A program made the position numbers and the translations under genes. This document shows, piece after piece, positions 29,879-39,957 of a stretch of DNA of 40,204 nucleotides. The notes under the pieces were generated by a model that was not told the DNA's origin, made no database searches, and saw nothing but the letters and a program-made list of their open reading frames with translations. The DNA comes from a virus. Lineage: Duplodnaviria > Caudoviricetes. The stretch covers positions 1-40,204 of the IMG/VR virus record IMGVR_UViG_3300037851_001126. One strand, written 5' to 3'. The stretch's first letter is position 1. Every line of letters begins with the position of its first letter.

Positions 29879-29971
29879 GGGCACAATGTAACACACACAC
29901 CCGACAATCGCTGTTATTTTTTAATTCTCCCTGTTGACTCAATGTGGCTCGTTGTGATACATTGCATCACC
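29879..29971. promoter_or_regulatory. Divergent promoter/operator region
   Basis: Inverted TGTG(T/A)TACATTG at 29884-29895 (minus) and 29953-29964 (plus); TTGACT at 29934; AT-rich. Confidence 0.7.
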
Positions 29972-30157
29972 ATGAACAAGGAACTACGCACTGAGACGCT
30001 GAATGTGAGGCTTCCTCGCAAGGCCAAAAGCCGCCTGGTCAGCATCGCCCGTCGCAATGGATTGGACGTTTCCGATGTCGTGCGCTTGGCGCTGGAGAAA
30101 GAAGTGACCCGGTGGGAGCGCGGCGAGTTTGATCTACTCACGGTCAAGGGCAACTGA
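29972..30157 (+). CDS. Ribbon-helix-helix regulator (Cro/Ner-like role)
   Basis: TLNVRLPRKAKSRLVSIARRNGLDVSDVVRLAL. Confidence 0.8.
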   Translation: MNKELRTETLNVRLPRKAKSRLVSIARRNGLDVSDVVRLALEKEVTRWERGEFDLLTVKGN

Positions 30158-30167
30158 GGATTATCAC

Positions 30168-30533
30168 ATGGGTGGGGGACAACAGGAACCAACTGGGTTC
30201 ACCAAATGGTTACAGTCACGAAACAAATCTCTCAGCGAGGCCGCTCTGTCTTGCGGCGTCAGTCGCCGCACGCTCATCAAAGTGGCCAAAGGCCAATTCC
30301 CCATGTTGTCACCTCCGACATTGCAACTGCTGGCGGATTACGTCGGGTGCAGTGTGAAAACCGTCGAGCGGCAATTGCAGATATCGGCGAGCGACTGGCA
30401 GACGGCCTCAAACGAAAAGTTCAGTCCAAGCATGGCCAAGTTGATGGTTATCGAGCGGCTGATCGCGCAAAAGACCAACGAGTTGAGCGCCTTAAAAACC
30501 GAACAAGCCCGCTTACAGGAGATCGCATCATGA
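30168..30533 (+). CDS. XRE-type HTH protein
   Basis: SLSEAALSCGVSRRTLIKVAKG...LADYVGCSV; GAGGA RBS. Confidence 0.75.
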   Translation: MGGGQQEPTGFTKWLQSRNKSLSEAALSCGVSRRTLIKVAKGQFPMLSPPTLQLLADYVGCSVKTVERQLQISASDWQTASNEKFSPSMAKLMVIERLIAQKTNELSALKTEQARLQEIAS

Positions 30534-30721
30534 AAAAGACCAACCGCTACCGTCACACGCCCGACCTCGGCGCCGACCTGGCCGGCATGGCCATCACCCT
30601 GGCCCTGCTCGCCTCCGTCACCCTCGGCAGTCTCTTTATATATACATGGTGGAAGCCCCAAGGCCCCATCGCCCGCCTGTTCTCTGTGGACCCTGTGATC
30701 TCTGTGAGAGGCAACCCATGA
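30530..30721 (+). CDS. Small membrane protein
   Basis: One TM helix; ATGA overlaps on both sides. Confidence 0.55.
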   Translation: MKKTNRYRHTPDLGADLAGMAITLALLASVTLGSLFIYTWWKPQGPIARLFSVDPVISVRGNP

Positions 30722-32979
30722 CCACCACCACCACCATCATCCCATCGCCGTCGCCTGCGGTCTCCGGTCCCCGGTCCCCGGTCTCCGGTCCTCCGCCACC
30801 GTCTCCCTCCTCCTCCTTCCTCGTCACCGCCGCCGAGATCGCCGAGGCCGTCAACCGGTCCGCCCGCCAGATCCGTCGCCGGGCCGACGACGAACGCTGG
30901 CCCCAGGCCGCCACCGACGGCCACCTGTATCACCCGGCCGATCTGCCGCCCGATGTGCGCGGCCCCGTCGAACGCTGGCTCGCCGCGCGGCCGTTTGACG
31001 TGAACCTGTTCCTCTCCACCCCCGGCCATATCTATCCCTACGGCCGCGACGAGTTCACCGACGACGAACTGGCCGTCGCCCGCCAGAAAGCCAACTGGTT
31101 GCTCGCCGTCCAGCGCCACCGCGACACCGGCGCGAACGTGCCGCAATCGCTGCGCAGCGTGCTGGCCGAGGAAGACCGACGCCGGTACCACCTCGAGCCG
31201 GTCCTCTTCCCGCTGGTCGCCAACCAGATGAACACCGGCAACTACTACCGATGGATGCAGACCTGGGAACCCTACCGGGTCGATCCACGGTCCGATCAAC
31301 AATGGTGGTGCCTGGCCTCCACCTGCGGCGTCGTGGCCCGCCGACGCCACAGATCGCTGGTCGACCGTCTCGCCCTGACCGAGGCCGAGATCCGCGCGCT
31401 GCGCAGTCTCAAGCTCGATTGCGATTCCGACCGCGAAGCCTGCGCCCAATACCTGCACCGGCCCGGTATCCGACCGATCGTGCGCGACGCGCTCGAGCGC
31501 GTCCTGGGCAACGCCTCCGGCTCCATCCCGGATTCTATCAAGCGCGCCCTCTATATCCCGCCCGAGACCCGCATCCTGGTCCGCAACAAAACCACCTTCC
31601 AACATCACCGCCTCCAGATCCGCGACGATACCTACGTCGACGCCACCGGTCAACGTCGGCAACTCCTGCCAGGCGATCTGTGGGAAGCCGACGACATGAC
31701 GCTGAACCAGCCCTGGTACTACGACTGGCCGTTTGGCGGCGATCCGTGCTCCGAGAAATACGGCGTGCGCGTGGGCCGCGGCCAGTTGCTCGCCTTCCGC
31801 GACGTGATGAGCGGACGCTGGGTCTCCTGCGTCCTGATCGCCCGTGTCCGCGATTCCTACCGGGCCGAGGATATCTGGAGCTGGTTCCATCACACGTTCA
31901 CGTCAGTCGGCATGCCCCGGGTCGGCCTGCGTCTCGAGCGCGGTATTTGGCGGAATAAATCCATCGACGGCGTGCCGCTCTGGACGCCGGCCGATGAAGC
32001 CGAGAAAGCCGAACGGTTCGGCGGCCTGGCCGCCCTCGGCGTCGGTCTCACCCGCGCGTTCGGCTCGAAAGGCAAAGGCGGCATCGAGGGCGGGTTCAAT
32101 ACCTACCAGACCTCGATGGCCGCGTTGCTCGGGCCGGGCGTCGGACGCAAACGGGGCGAGTTCCGCAACCAGACCCGCTGGCTCGGCGAAGCCCAGGCCG
32201 GCCGACTCGACCCGCGCACGGTCAAGGAATGGCTGCCGATGGACCAGATGCTCGGCAAGGTCGCCCAGGGGATGGCCCACCGCAACGCCCAGCCGGTCCG
32301 GGGCCGGATCGTCAAGGGCGTCCCCGACAAACTTTGGGCCGCCCACGTCAACGACGCCAACCCGTTGCCCAAGTTGCCGTCCGACAAGGAATGGTTGTTC
32401 CTGCCGGTGCACACCGAGGTGCGCGTGCACAAGGGCGTGCTCTGGGCCACGCACGACCGGTGCCCGTTCCTCTTCGAGGCCGCGCCGTTCGCCCCCGTGC
32501 TCTCCGAGGGATTCCGCGTCAAACTCGCGTTCGACCCGCTCGATCCCGAGCGCGGCGCCTGGCTGCACAACGCCGAGCCGACGCCCAAGAACGTCGAGAA
32601 CTGGCCACTCGGCCACTTCATCGGCGTGGCCCCGTTCCAGCTCCGTTGTCCCCAGGCCGATTTCTCCAACGGCCTGTTTGCCGACCAAGACGGCTACAAC
32701 GAAATGCGCAAACGCCACAACCAGGCCTACCGCCGCGCCTACTACGAGATCCGCCCGCAAGGCCAGCGCGGCGCCGTCGCCGTCGACGCGCGGCAACCCA
32801 GCGGCGAGACCACACGCGTCGCCATCGACCGCTCGGAATCTCCCATCTCCAATCCTGCAATCTCCAATCTGCCACCACGGCGCCCCGACACGACGCCGGT
32901 GGATCTGGACGCGCTCCTGGACCGCGCGTCCTCGCTCGAAACCGAACTGACCGAAACAGGAGACCTGATCACGCTATGA
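30718..32979 (+). CDS. MuA-like DDE transposase
   Basis: N-terminal HTH (AAEIAEAVNRSARQIRRRA), PGDLWEADDMT, FRDVMSGRW, GMPRVGLRLERG, KGGIEGGFN, C-terminal FDPLDP. Confidence 0.9.
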   Translation: MTTTTTIIPSPSPAVSGPRSPVSGPPPPSPSSSFLVTAAEIAEAVNRSARQIRRRADDERWPQAATDGHLYHPADLPPDVRGPVERWLAARPFDVNLFLSTPGHIYPYGRDEFTDDELAVARQKANWLLAVQRHRDTGANVPQSLRSVLAEEDRRRYHLEPVLFPLVANQMNTGNYYRWMQTWEPYRVDPRSDQQWWCLASTCGVVARRRHRSLVDRLALTEAEIRALRSLKLDCDSDREACAQYLHRPGIRPIVRDALERVLGNASGSIPDSIKRALYIPPETRILVRNKTTFQHHRLQIRDDTYVDATGQRRQLLPGDLWEADDMTLNQPWYYDWPFGGDPCSEKYGVRVGRGQLLAFRDVMSGRWVSCVLIARVRDSYRAEDIWSWFHHTFTSVGMPRVGLRLERGIWRNKSIDGVPLWTPADEAEKAERFGGLAALGVGLTRAFGSKGKGGIEGGFNTYQTSMAALLGPGVGRKRGEFRNQTRWLGEAQAGRLDPRTVKEWLPMDQMLGKVAQGMAHRNAQPVRGRIVKGVPDKLWAAHVNDANPLPKLPSDKEWLFLPVHTEVRVHKGVLWATHDRCPFLFEAAPFAPVLSEGFRVKLAFDPLDPERGAWLHNAEPTPKNVENWPLGHFIGVAPFQLRCPQADFSNGLFADQDGYNEMRKRHNQAYRRAYYEIRPQGQRGAVAVDARQPSGETTRVAIDRSESPISNPAISNLPPRRPDTTPVDLDALLDRASSLETELTETGDLITL

Positions 32980-33929
32980 AAACCGAACTGCAACAAGCCG
33001 CGCGCGACATCCGCGCCTGGCAACTTTCCAAAGACTTGAGCGACGTGCAGATGCTCAAGAAATTCCCCGGCCTCGGCTCCACCAAGACCTATACACGCCT
33101 GCTCGCCGCCGACGTCGAAGACCTCGACACCGAACGCTGGCTGATCGAGCTGCGCCAGGTGCAGGCCCTCATCGAGGCCCTGGCCGACGCCTCCACCGAC
33201 GACGAACCGCTCTACGACGATCTGTCCACCTGCGCCCGCCTGCGGGTGTCCGCCCTCGAGGCGATGAAAGAGCGCGGCAACAACCGACTCATCATCACAC
33301 TCGGACCTCCCGGCTCGGGCAAGACCTCCGCCGCCATCGCGCTGGCCGGCAAGTACGGCTCCCGCATCGTCCTGGCCGAGGCCGACGAAACGTGGAAATC
33401 CGCCAACAACGCCCTCGGCGGCCTGCTCCGCGCCGTCGGCGTCAAAGACCTGCCGGCATCGGCTGCCGACCGGCTCGCCCGGCTCATCGAACGCCTCCGC
33501 GAAGGCGAACGCTGCCTCATCATCGACGAGGCCCATCACATGGGCGTGCCGGCGTTTAACCTGGTCAAGACCCTGCTCAACCAGACCGGGTGCCAGGTCA
33601 TTCTCCTCGCCTTGCCAGTCTTGTTCCGACGCCTCGAAATGGCCGCCTGGGAGGAAGTCCGCCAGCTCACCCAAAACCGCCTGCTCGAACGTATCCGCCT
33701 CGACCAGGTCCAGCCGCACGACGCGGAGAAATTCCTCGCCCGCCGCCTCGCCTGGTCCAACGGCGAAATCAAAAAAGCCGTCGCCGCCATCAAGGAACCC
33801 ATGGCCCGCCATGGCCAGTTCGCGTTTTTGAAACTGGCCTGCCGCCGCGCCCGCCGCGACGCCGGTGGCGACCCCGTCACCCTCGACGGGTTCCTCGCCG
33901 CCGCCAAACAAATCATGGAGACCCGGTAA
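32976..33929 (+). CDS. MuB-like AAA+ transposition ATPase
   Basis: GPPGSGKT Walker A, LIIDEAH Walker B; ATGA overlap with the transposase. Confidence 0.92.
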   Translation: MKTELQQAARDIRAWQLSKDLSDVQMLKKFPGLGSTKTYTRLLAADVEDLDTERWLIELRQVQALIEALADASTDDEPLYDDLSTCARLRVSALEAMKERGNNRLIITLGPPGSGKTSAAIALAGKYGSRIVLAEADETWKSANNALGGLLRAVGVKDLPASAADRLARLIERLREGERCLIIDEAHHMGVPAFNLVKTLLNQTGCQVILLALPVLFRRLEMAAWEEVRQLTQNRLLERIRLDQVQPHDAEKFLARRLAWSNGEIKKAVAAIKEPMARHGQFAFLKLACRRARRDAGGDPVTLDGFLAAAKQIMETR

Positions 33930-33931
33930 CC

Positions 33932-34165
33932 ATGCCAGCCCTCAAATCTCCCATCTCCGATCTCAAGTCGCCGCCGACCGCCGACCCGGTCGTGGTCCAC
34001 ATGCCGCTCACCCTGCCGGAGTTGCAAGCCTGCGCCCGGGCCGGGTTCGGCTGGCCATTGCCGCAACCGCTCACCGAGCGGTTCATCGACGCACTCACCC
34101 TGCTCGCGCCCAAACATGAGCCGTCTCAAATCCTCAATCTCCAATCTGAGATCCATACATCATGA
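33932..34165 (+). CDS. Hypothetical early protein
   Basis: Coupled ORF in the early operon. Confidence 0.5.
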   Translation: MPALKSPISDLKSPPTADPVVVHMPLTLPELQACARAGFGWPLPQPLTERFIDALTLLAPKHEPSQILNLQSEIHTS

Positions 34166-34406
34166 ACACCCCCGACCTGATCCTGCACATCCTGGCCGCC
34201 GACCACGAACTGTCCATGGGCCAAATCCTCGATCACCCGCTGGCCACCGCGGTGAAACTGTCACGCGAGGATGTCCAGCGCCACCTGCGCGACCTGATCT
34301 ATGCCGACCACGTCCGCCAGCATCCGCCCGACGAAGATCGCTATTGCTGGCGCTACAGCCTCGCCAACCGCGCCGCCCTCACCCCGTCGCTTCTGGAGGT
34401 GTCGCC

Positions 34407-34410
<4 letters not shown>
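34162..34410 (+). CDS. Small winged-helix-like early protein
   Basis: 82 aa, coupled. Confidence 0.55.
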
Positions 34411-34987
<577 letters not shown>

Positions 34988-34991
<4 letters not shown>

Positions 34992-35428
34992 ATACCACCG
35001 ACGCCGACAACGCCATCACCGAGGCCACGCTCACCCAGTGGACGTGGAAGACACCGGCCATGAAACGCATGACCCTGGCCGTCGCCCGTCTCGCCATCGA
35101 GCGCGGGATCAACGGCGAGTTCAGCGCCAACGACCTGACCATCCACGGCCAGGACGAACAAGGCGGATCCGGCATCGCCGGCAGCGTGTTCCGACAACTC
35201 GTCGGCGCCGACATCATCGCACCGGTCGGCAAATTCGTCGACGGCCAGTTCTATCCCAAGATCGTGCTCAACCACTGCAAGAACAAGATCGGCGTCTACC
35301 GCCTCGCCAAGCCCGGCCTCGCCCGCGCCCTCATCCGCATCCACGACACCAAACCTCCACCAAGTGAACCCGTCCAGCTTGATCTGATCTCAAATCTCCA
35401 ATCTCCAATCCCCAATCAACCGGCATGA
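34988..35428 (+). CDS. Hypothetical early protein
   Basis: GAGG RBS, ATGA overlap. Confidence 0.6.
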
Positions 35429-35886
35429 TCACCCAACGGCAACGAATGTATTACCTCAGCCTAGCCCGCGCGGCCTACGAACGCGTGTATGATCCCGCCG
35501 ACTTCGATCCGCTCGCACCCACTCTCGACGAGTGGCGCCGCGCCGAATGCCGGTATGCCACCGAGGGCAAATCGCTGTCCGACGGCCTGTCCAATGACGA
35601 GTTTTCAGCGGCGATCGCCAACTTCAAATCCTGGCGTGACTGCGGTCGGCGAGCGTCGCACGCCGAAATCCGCCGCGAGGCCAACCGCAAACGCGTCGAG
35701 GCCCTGCGTCCGTTGTGGGAAGCGGTCATCACCGCCGTTCGCATCGATGTCATTCATGACAGATTCAAAATCCGATTGCTCGAAGAGGCCGAGACGTTCT
35801 CCGCCTACGAGCTCAATCAACTGCGATGGACGCTGATGCGCCTCGCCAAACAACACCCCAAACAACAGGAGCCGGTCACCACATGA
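35425..35886 (+). CDS. Hypothetical early protein (possibly GemA/DUF1018-like)
   Basis: ITQRQR..Y start; position in the Mu semi-essential region. Confidence 0.5.
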   Translation: MITQRQRMYYLSLARAAYERVYDPADFDPLAPTLDEWRRAECRYATEGKSLSDGLSNDEFSAAIANFKSWRDCGRRASHAEIRREANRKRVEALRPLWEAVITAVRIDVIHDRFKIRLLEEAETFSAYELNQLRWTLMRLAKQHPKQQEPVTT

Positions 35887-36353
35887 GCGCCCCCAACCAA
35901 AACCACACCATCACCGCCATCGTCACCGAGGCCGTCGCCCTCGACCGCGAGATCCGCGACCTGACCCGCCGCCTCAAGGAACTCAAAGCCCACCTCATCA
36001 CCGAGGCCACCGCCCGCCCCCTCGCCGAACACGTCGCCACCGACGGCGGCGGCTCCTCCTGGATCGCCAACGGCGCCGACGGCTGCGTCGCCCGCGTCAC
36101 GTTCCCCGGTCCCCAGCTCAAATCCTCCATCGACCCCTCCACCAAGACGGGCGAAAAACTGCTCACCATGTTCGGCGACGCCGTCAAATCCCTGTTCCGC
36201 AAACACGTCGTCTACAAACCCGTCGACGACTTCCGCACCATCGTCGAACAGGAGTTCACCCCGCGCCAGGCCGAAAAACTCATCGCCGCCTGCGAGTCCG
36301 AACGCGCCCCCTCCGTCTCCTTCGAAACCAAGGACTCCGCCCATGACCTCTGA
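35883..36353 (+). CDS. Coiled-coil early protein (possibly Gam-like)
   Basis: ALDREIRDLTRRLKELKAHL coiled coil; AGGAG RBS. Confidence 0.55.
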   Translation: MSAPNQNHTITAIVTEAVALDREIRDLTRRLKELKAHLITEATARPLAEHVATDGGGSSWIANGADGCVARVTFPGPQLKSSIDPSTKTGEKLLTMFGDAVKSLFRKHVVYKPVDDFRTIVEQEFTPRQAEKLIAACESERAPSVSFETKDSAHDL

Positions 36354-36393
36354 TCTCTCAAAGCTCCAATCTCCAATCTGAGATCATCCGCCC

Positions 36394-37800
36394 ATGCCTG
36401 ACACCCTCACATTCGCCCCCATGCCCCACGATGAAGCCTCCCGCTTCATCCGTCTCAAGCCGTCCATCTCCCGCCAGGTCTTCGACCAGATGCTGCCCGA
36501 ACTCCAGGCCCGCACCTTCGTCATCTCCGGGATCGAAAACCTCAAGATCATGCAGACCGTCCGCGACGCCATCGCCAAAATCCCCGAAGGCGCCGACTGG
36601 GACGCCACCAAACGCACCGTCACCGACCTCATCGCCTCCATCGGCGACAAAGCCCCGCAACGCGCCGAAACCCTCCTGCGCACCCACGTCTTCCAAGCCT
36701 ACGCCGCCGCCGAACACCGCGCCCTCACCACGCCCGAAAACCTCGAAGTCTTTCCCTTTTGGCAGTACAAAACCATGGGCGACGACCGAGTCCGCGACTC
36801 ACACGCCGCGCTCGACGACCTCATCCTGCCGTCCAACGACGTCTTCTGGAAGACCCATTTCCCACCCTGGGAATGGGGCTGCCGCTGCCAGGTCATCCCA
36901 CGCCTGCGCGCCGAAGTCGACGAAATCAAACAGCGCGAACGCGATCTGCCGCCCGAGAAAAAAACCGTCATCGACCACGACCAACCCGCCCGCCTGGCCC
37001 GCCTGCGCGCCGGCACCCTCGACCGCCAACTGCCGGCCACCGACCCGCGCGGCCCCGACGTCGGCCTCGCCCAGCTCGGCCAGTCCCGCACCTGGGACGT
37101 CACCTCCGACGCCGAGCGAGGCAAAGAAGGCGCCCTCCAGTGGGATCCCGGCTCCCTCAACCTCGACATCGCCGACCTCAAAACCAAGTACGACCCCGAT
37201 CTCTGGCTCGCCTTCGAGACCGCCATGCGCGCCCACCAAATCCCCGAACTCGGCGCCTCCGCCTGGGAATGGGTCACCCGCAACACCCCCCAATGGACCG
37301 CCACCGTCAATGCCAAAACCCGCACCAGCGTCATCGCCCGCATCGAGTCCGGTATCCGCGGCAAAACCAGCGGCGAGGTGGCTTTCGTTGTCGGTGCCGA
37401 TGGTGTAAATTATCCCGTGAAACAGGCAGCAGGAACAACCATGATTCTCTCCAGCCAAGAGCTCCAACAATTCGCCGGCAAGACTGGAATACACAATCAC
37501 CCGGCCTCCAGCGCGTACTCACCCGAAGACCTGCGCAGTTTCGTGGACTCCGGTGCCGTCGAGTGGCGCGTGGTCGGACCGGAAACCAGTTATATAATGC
37601 GCCGTCCACCTGGCGGCTGGCCAAAGGATGTACATGACAAAATTAACGGGCTGGAAAAGCGCTACTTTGCGATCGCTGCGCGTCGTGAACGGTATGGACA
37701 CGATCGTATCGACCTAGATAAATGGGCGGCCCATCGCATTTGGAGCGATTGGGCTAACGATGTTGGGGCCCCATTTCAATTCATAGCGGAGATGCCATGA
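36394..37800 (+). CDS. MuF head morphogenesis protein with C-terminal JAB-like candidate toxin domain
   Basis: FWQYKTMGDDRVRDSHAALD...FWKTHFPPWEWGCRCQV (MuF); C-terminus E...HNHPASSAYSPED, lower GC. Confidence 0.88.
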   Translation: MPDTLTFAPMPHDEASRFIRLKPSISRQVFDQMLPELQARTFVISGIENLKIMQTVRDAIAKIPEGADWDATKRTVTDLIASIGDKAPQRAETLLRTHVFQAYAAAEHRALTTPENLEVFPFWQYKTMGDDRVRDSHAALDDLILPSNDVFWKTHFPPWEWGCRCQVIPRLRAEVDEIKQRERDLPPEKKTVIDHDQPARLARLRAGTLDRQLPATDPRGPDVGLAQLGQSRTWDVTSDAERGKEGALQWDPGSLNLDIADLKTKYDPDLWLAFETAMRAHQIPELGASAWEWVTRNTPQWTATVNAKTRTSVIARIESGIRGKTSGEVAFVVGADGVNYPVKQAAGTTMILSSQELQQFAGKTGIHNHPASSAYSPEDLRSFVDSGAVEWRVVGPETSYIMRRPPGGWPKDVHDKINGLEKRYFAIAARRERYGHDRIDLDKWAAHRIWSDWANDVGAPFQFIAEMP

Positions 37801-38072
37801 CAGAAAAAAAGTACATCATAGATGGCGATAATCACTTACTCGGGGGCACAGCCAAATCAGGTAAGGAACTGGTTGATATGTATTGGCGTCTTGACCAAGA
37901 AGGAGCATTGCTGTTTGCCGACGAATATGAAGGTTTGCGGCGTGAACTGGACCGTTATGAAGGGCAACCCGACTCTGATCTGGACGCCTACAGGCGTTGG
38001 CGCCTCGACCGCCTCCGCACCTTCTTCGTCGCTCACCCCAATCCGCCACCCGCCCCCAAAGATCAGCCATGA
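37797..38072 (+). CDS. Candidate cognate immunity protein of the MuF toxin
   Basis: 91 aa, ATGA-coupled to MuF, same low-GC block. Confidence 0.55.
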   Translation: MTEKKYIIDGDNHLLGGTAKSGKELVDMYWRLDQEGALLFADEYEGLRRELDRYEGQPDSDLDAYRRWRLDRLRTFFVAHPNPPPAPKDQP

Positions 38073-38078
38073 ACAAGC

Positions 38079-38492
38079 CTACCATCCATAGAACGTCTCG
38101 TGAACGCTCGCCAGGCGAAGCGCCATCAGCTTGTGCCACAGCATCTCCCGATTCTCCCACACGTCCCGCAAAAGCCAGGATCGAATCCGGTTTTGATCGC
38201 CTATTGATGGCGCTCGGATGGGCGAAACCGTCAACGCCTCCAACTGATCCAGCGCCGCTTGGAACCTTAGATAAATAAGAAAATGAACCCGCGGCTCCAT
38301 CTCCACCCATTGACCGGTCACCACCCATTCGGCAACGGCGGATTCCACCTCGACGCGCCATTCGGTCTCCAAATTGACCAACCATTGCAGGCATTCTTCG
38401 TATCCCTCATGCCGTTGCGTGTAAAACGGGGTTGGCCCACCAAGACGGTCTCTCTCGTCCATAATCGCGTTTTGCCAGTCAGTCCGGTCCAT
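38079..38492 (-). CDS. Helical hypothetical protein, homologous to 19843-20250
   Basis: Shared motifs; antisense to the early operon. Confidence 0.65.
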   Translation of the reverse strand: MDRTDWQNAIMDERDRLGGPTPFYTQRHEGYEECLQWLVNLETEWRVEVESAVAEWVVTGQWVEMEPRVHFLIYLRFQAALDQLEALTVSPIRAPSIGDQNRIRSWLLRDVWENREMLWHKLMALRLASVHETFYGW

Positions 38493-38521
38493 GCCCCACA
38501 GCATGCCATAAAGGCAACATC

Positions 38522-38761
38522 ATGAACAACCCCTGGCTCAAACTCGCCCTCATCATCACGGCCTGGGACGACCTCCTGCGCGCCGATCTCGCCTGCGGCA
38601 TCGCCTGGTTCCGTCTCAAATACGCCGAACTCCGCCGCTACCTCCTCGCCCGCCGCCTCCAACGCCTCATCCGCCGCATCCAATCCGACCCCCAATTCGC
38701 CTCTCTTTCGGCTCATAGGCACGTAGGCACTCCGGCACCTAAGCACTCTCACTCCCCATGA
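38522..38761 (+). CDS. Small basic hypothetical protein
   Basis: 79 aa, coupled to polX. Confidence 0.5.
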   Translation: MNNPWLKLALIITAWDDLLRADLACGIAWFRLKYAELRRYLLARRLQRLIRRIQSDPQFASLSAHRHVGTPAPKHSHSP

Positions 38762-39483
38762 CCACCACCGTCGACATCCCCTTCCTCCCCGAACCGACGC
38801 CCTACGAGATACCCTCCGCCGACACCCCATCCGTCCCCAAGGTCCCATCCGTCCCATCTTCCCCATCCCCCTCTCCAATCTCCAATCTCCAATCTCAAAT
38901 CCCTTCTCCGCCGCGCCTCCTGCTCGCCCGCGCGCGAGCCATCGGCGAACACGTCGCCGACGCCCTGCGCCCCTTCTGCCACCAGATCGCCATCGCCGGC
39001 TCCATCCGACGCCAACGCCCCACCTGCGGCGACATCGACCTGGTCGTTTTGCCCGCCGACCTGCCCGGCCTGCTCGCCCGCGTCCGCCAATCCTGCACCA
39101 TCAAATCCTCCGGTGACCTCAACACCATCGCCGTCATGTCCAACGGCGTCCAACTCGACATCTTCTGCGCCCGCCCCGCCGGTCAAGACCTCTTTTCCCC
39201 CACACCCGGCACCTGGGGCACGCTCCTGCTCTGCCGCACCGGCTCCAAGCAGTTTAACATCTGGCTCGCCGACCAGGCCAAAGCCCGCGGCCTCCACTGG
39301 AACCCCTACCGCGGCCTCTGCCGCGGCGGATCCCTCACCGGCCAAATCATCGCCGCCGAAACCGAGGAATCCATCTTCCAAGCCCTCGACCTGCCCGTCA
39401 TCGATCCCACCGACCGCGACGACCCATCCCGCTGGCCTCCTCTGAAATCTCCAATCTCCAATCTCAAATCTCCGCCCCCATGA
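38758..39483 (+). CDS. polX: Minimal X-family DNA polymerase (palm+thumb only)
   Basis: IAGSIRRQRPTCGDIDLVV, VQLDIF, WGTLLLCRTGSKQFN...AKARG, TEESIFQALDLP.I.P..R. Confidence 0.85.
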   Translation: MTTTVDIPFLPEPTPYEIPSADTPSVPKVPSVPSSPSPSPISNLQSQIPSPPRLLLARARAIGEHVADALRPFCHQIAIAGSIRRQRPTCGDIDLVVLPADLPGLLARVRQSCTIKSSGDLNTIAVMSNGVQLDIFCARPAGQDLFSPTPGTWGTLLLCRTGSKQFNIWLADQAKARGLHWNPYRGLCRGGSLTGQIIAAETEESIFQALDLPVIDPTDRDDPSRWPPLKSPISNLKSPPP

Positions 39484-39905
39484 GTATCGCCATCAACGTC
39501 AGCATCGAAGACCAGGTCAGTCCCTTGCTCCAGCGCCTCCGCGCCAAGATGTCCGACTTCACCCCCGCCATGCGCTCCGTCGGTGTCGGCCTGGCCGCCC
39601 TCACCTTACGCGCCTTTGACGATCCATCCCTCCGCCCATCCGCGTGGCCGGCCAAAAAGGACCAGTCCACCGCCACTCTCCGCAAGACCGGTCTCCTCTG
39701 GCGGTCCCCCCGCGTCATTGCCGCCACCAACAACTCCGTCGCCATCGGCTCCGACCGCCCCTACGCCGCCATCCACCAGCTCGGCGGCGTCAAACGCCCC
39801 ATGCCCGCCCGCCCCTTTTTCCCTGTCCAGCCCGACGGCACCCCGACCGATCCCGCCCGAAAGACCATCCGCGACGTCCTGGTGGCCTACCTCAACCTCC
39901 GCTGA
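39480..39905 (+). CDS. Virion morphogenesis protein (Mu gpG-like)
   Basis: DFTPAMRSVG...W...L..TG.L...IGSDRPYAAIHQLGG...MPARPFF. Confidence 0.88.
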   Translation: MSIAINVSIEDQVSPLLQRLRAKMSDFTPAMRSVGVGLAALTLRAFDDPSLRPSAWPAKKDQSTATLRKTGLLWRSPRVIAATNNSVAIGSDRPYAAIHQLGGVKRPMPARPFFPVQPDGTPTDPARKTIRDVLVAYLNLR

Positions 39906-39957
39906 CCGCGTCCGCCGGCGGACATTTTCCCGCCGTAAGTCGTTGATAATCGTCTCC

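Noticed and set aside
32229-32975. 566-aa version of the ATPase, and upstream-extended starts of terL (24522), portal (22552), capsid (17790) and the Cys-rich gene (4724)
   Set aside because: The extensions overlap upstream genes in low-complexity frames; downstream ATGs with coupling or RBS fit better
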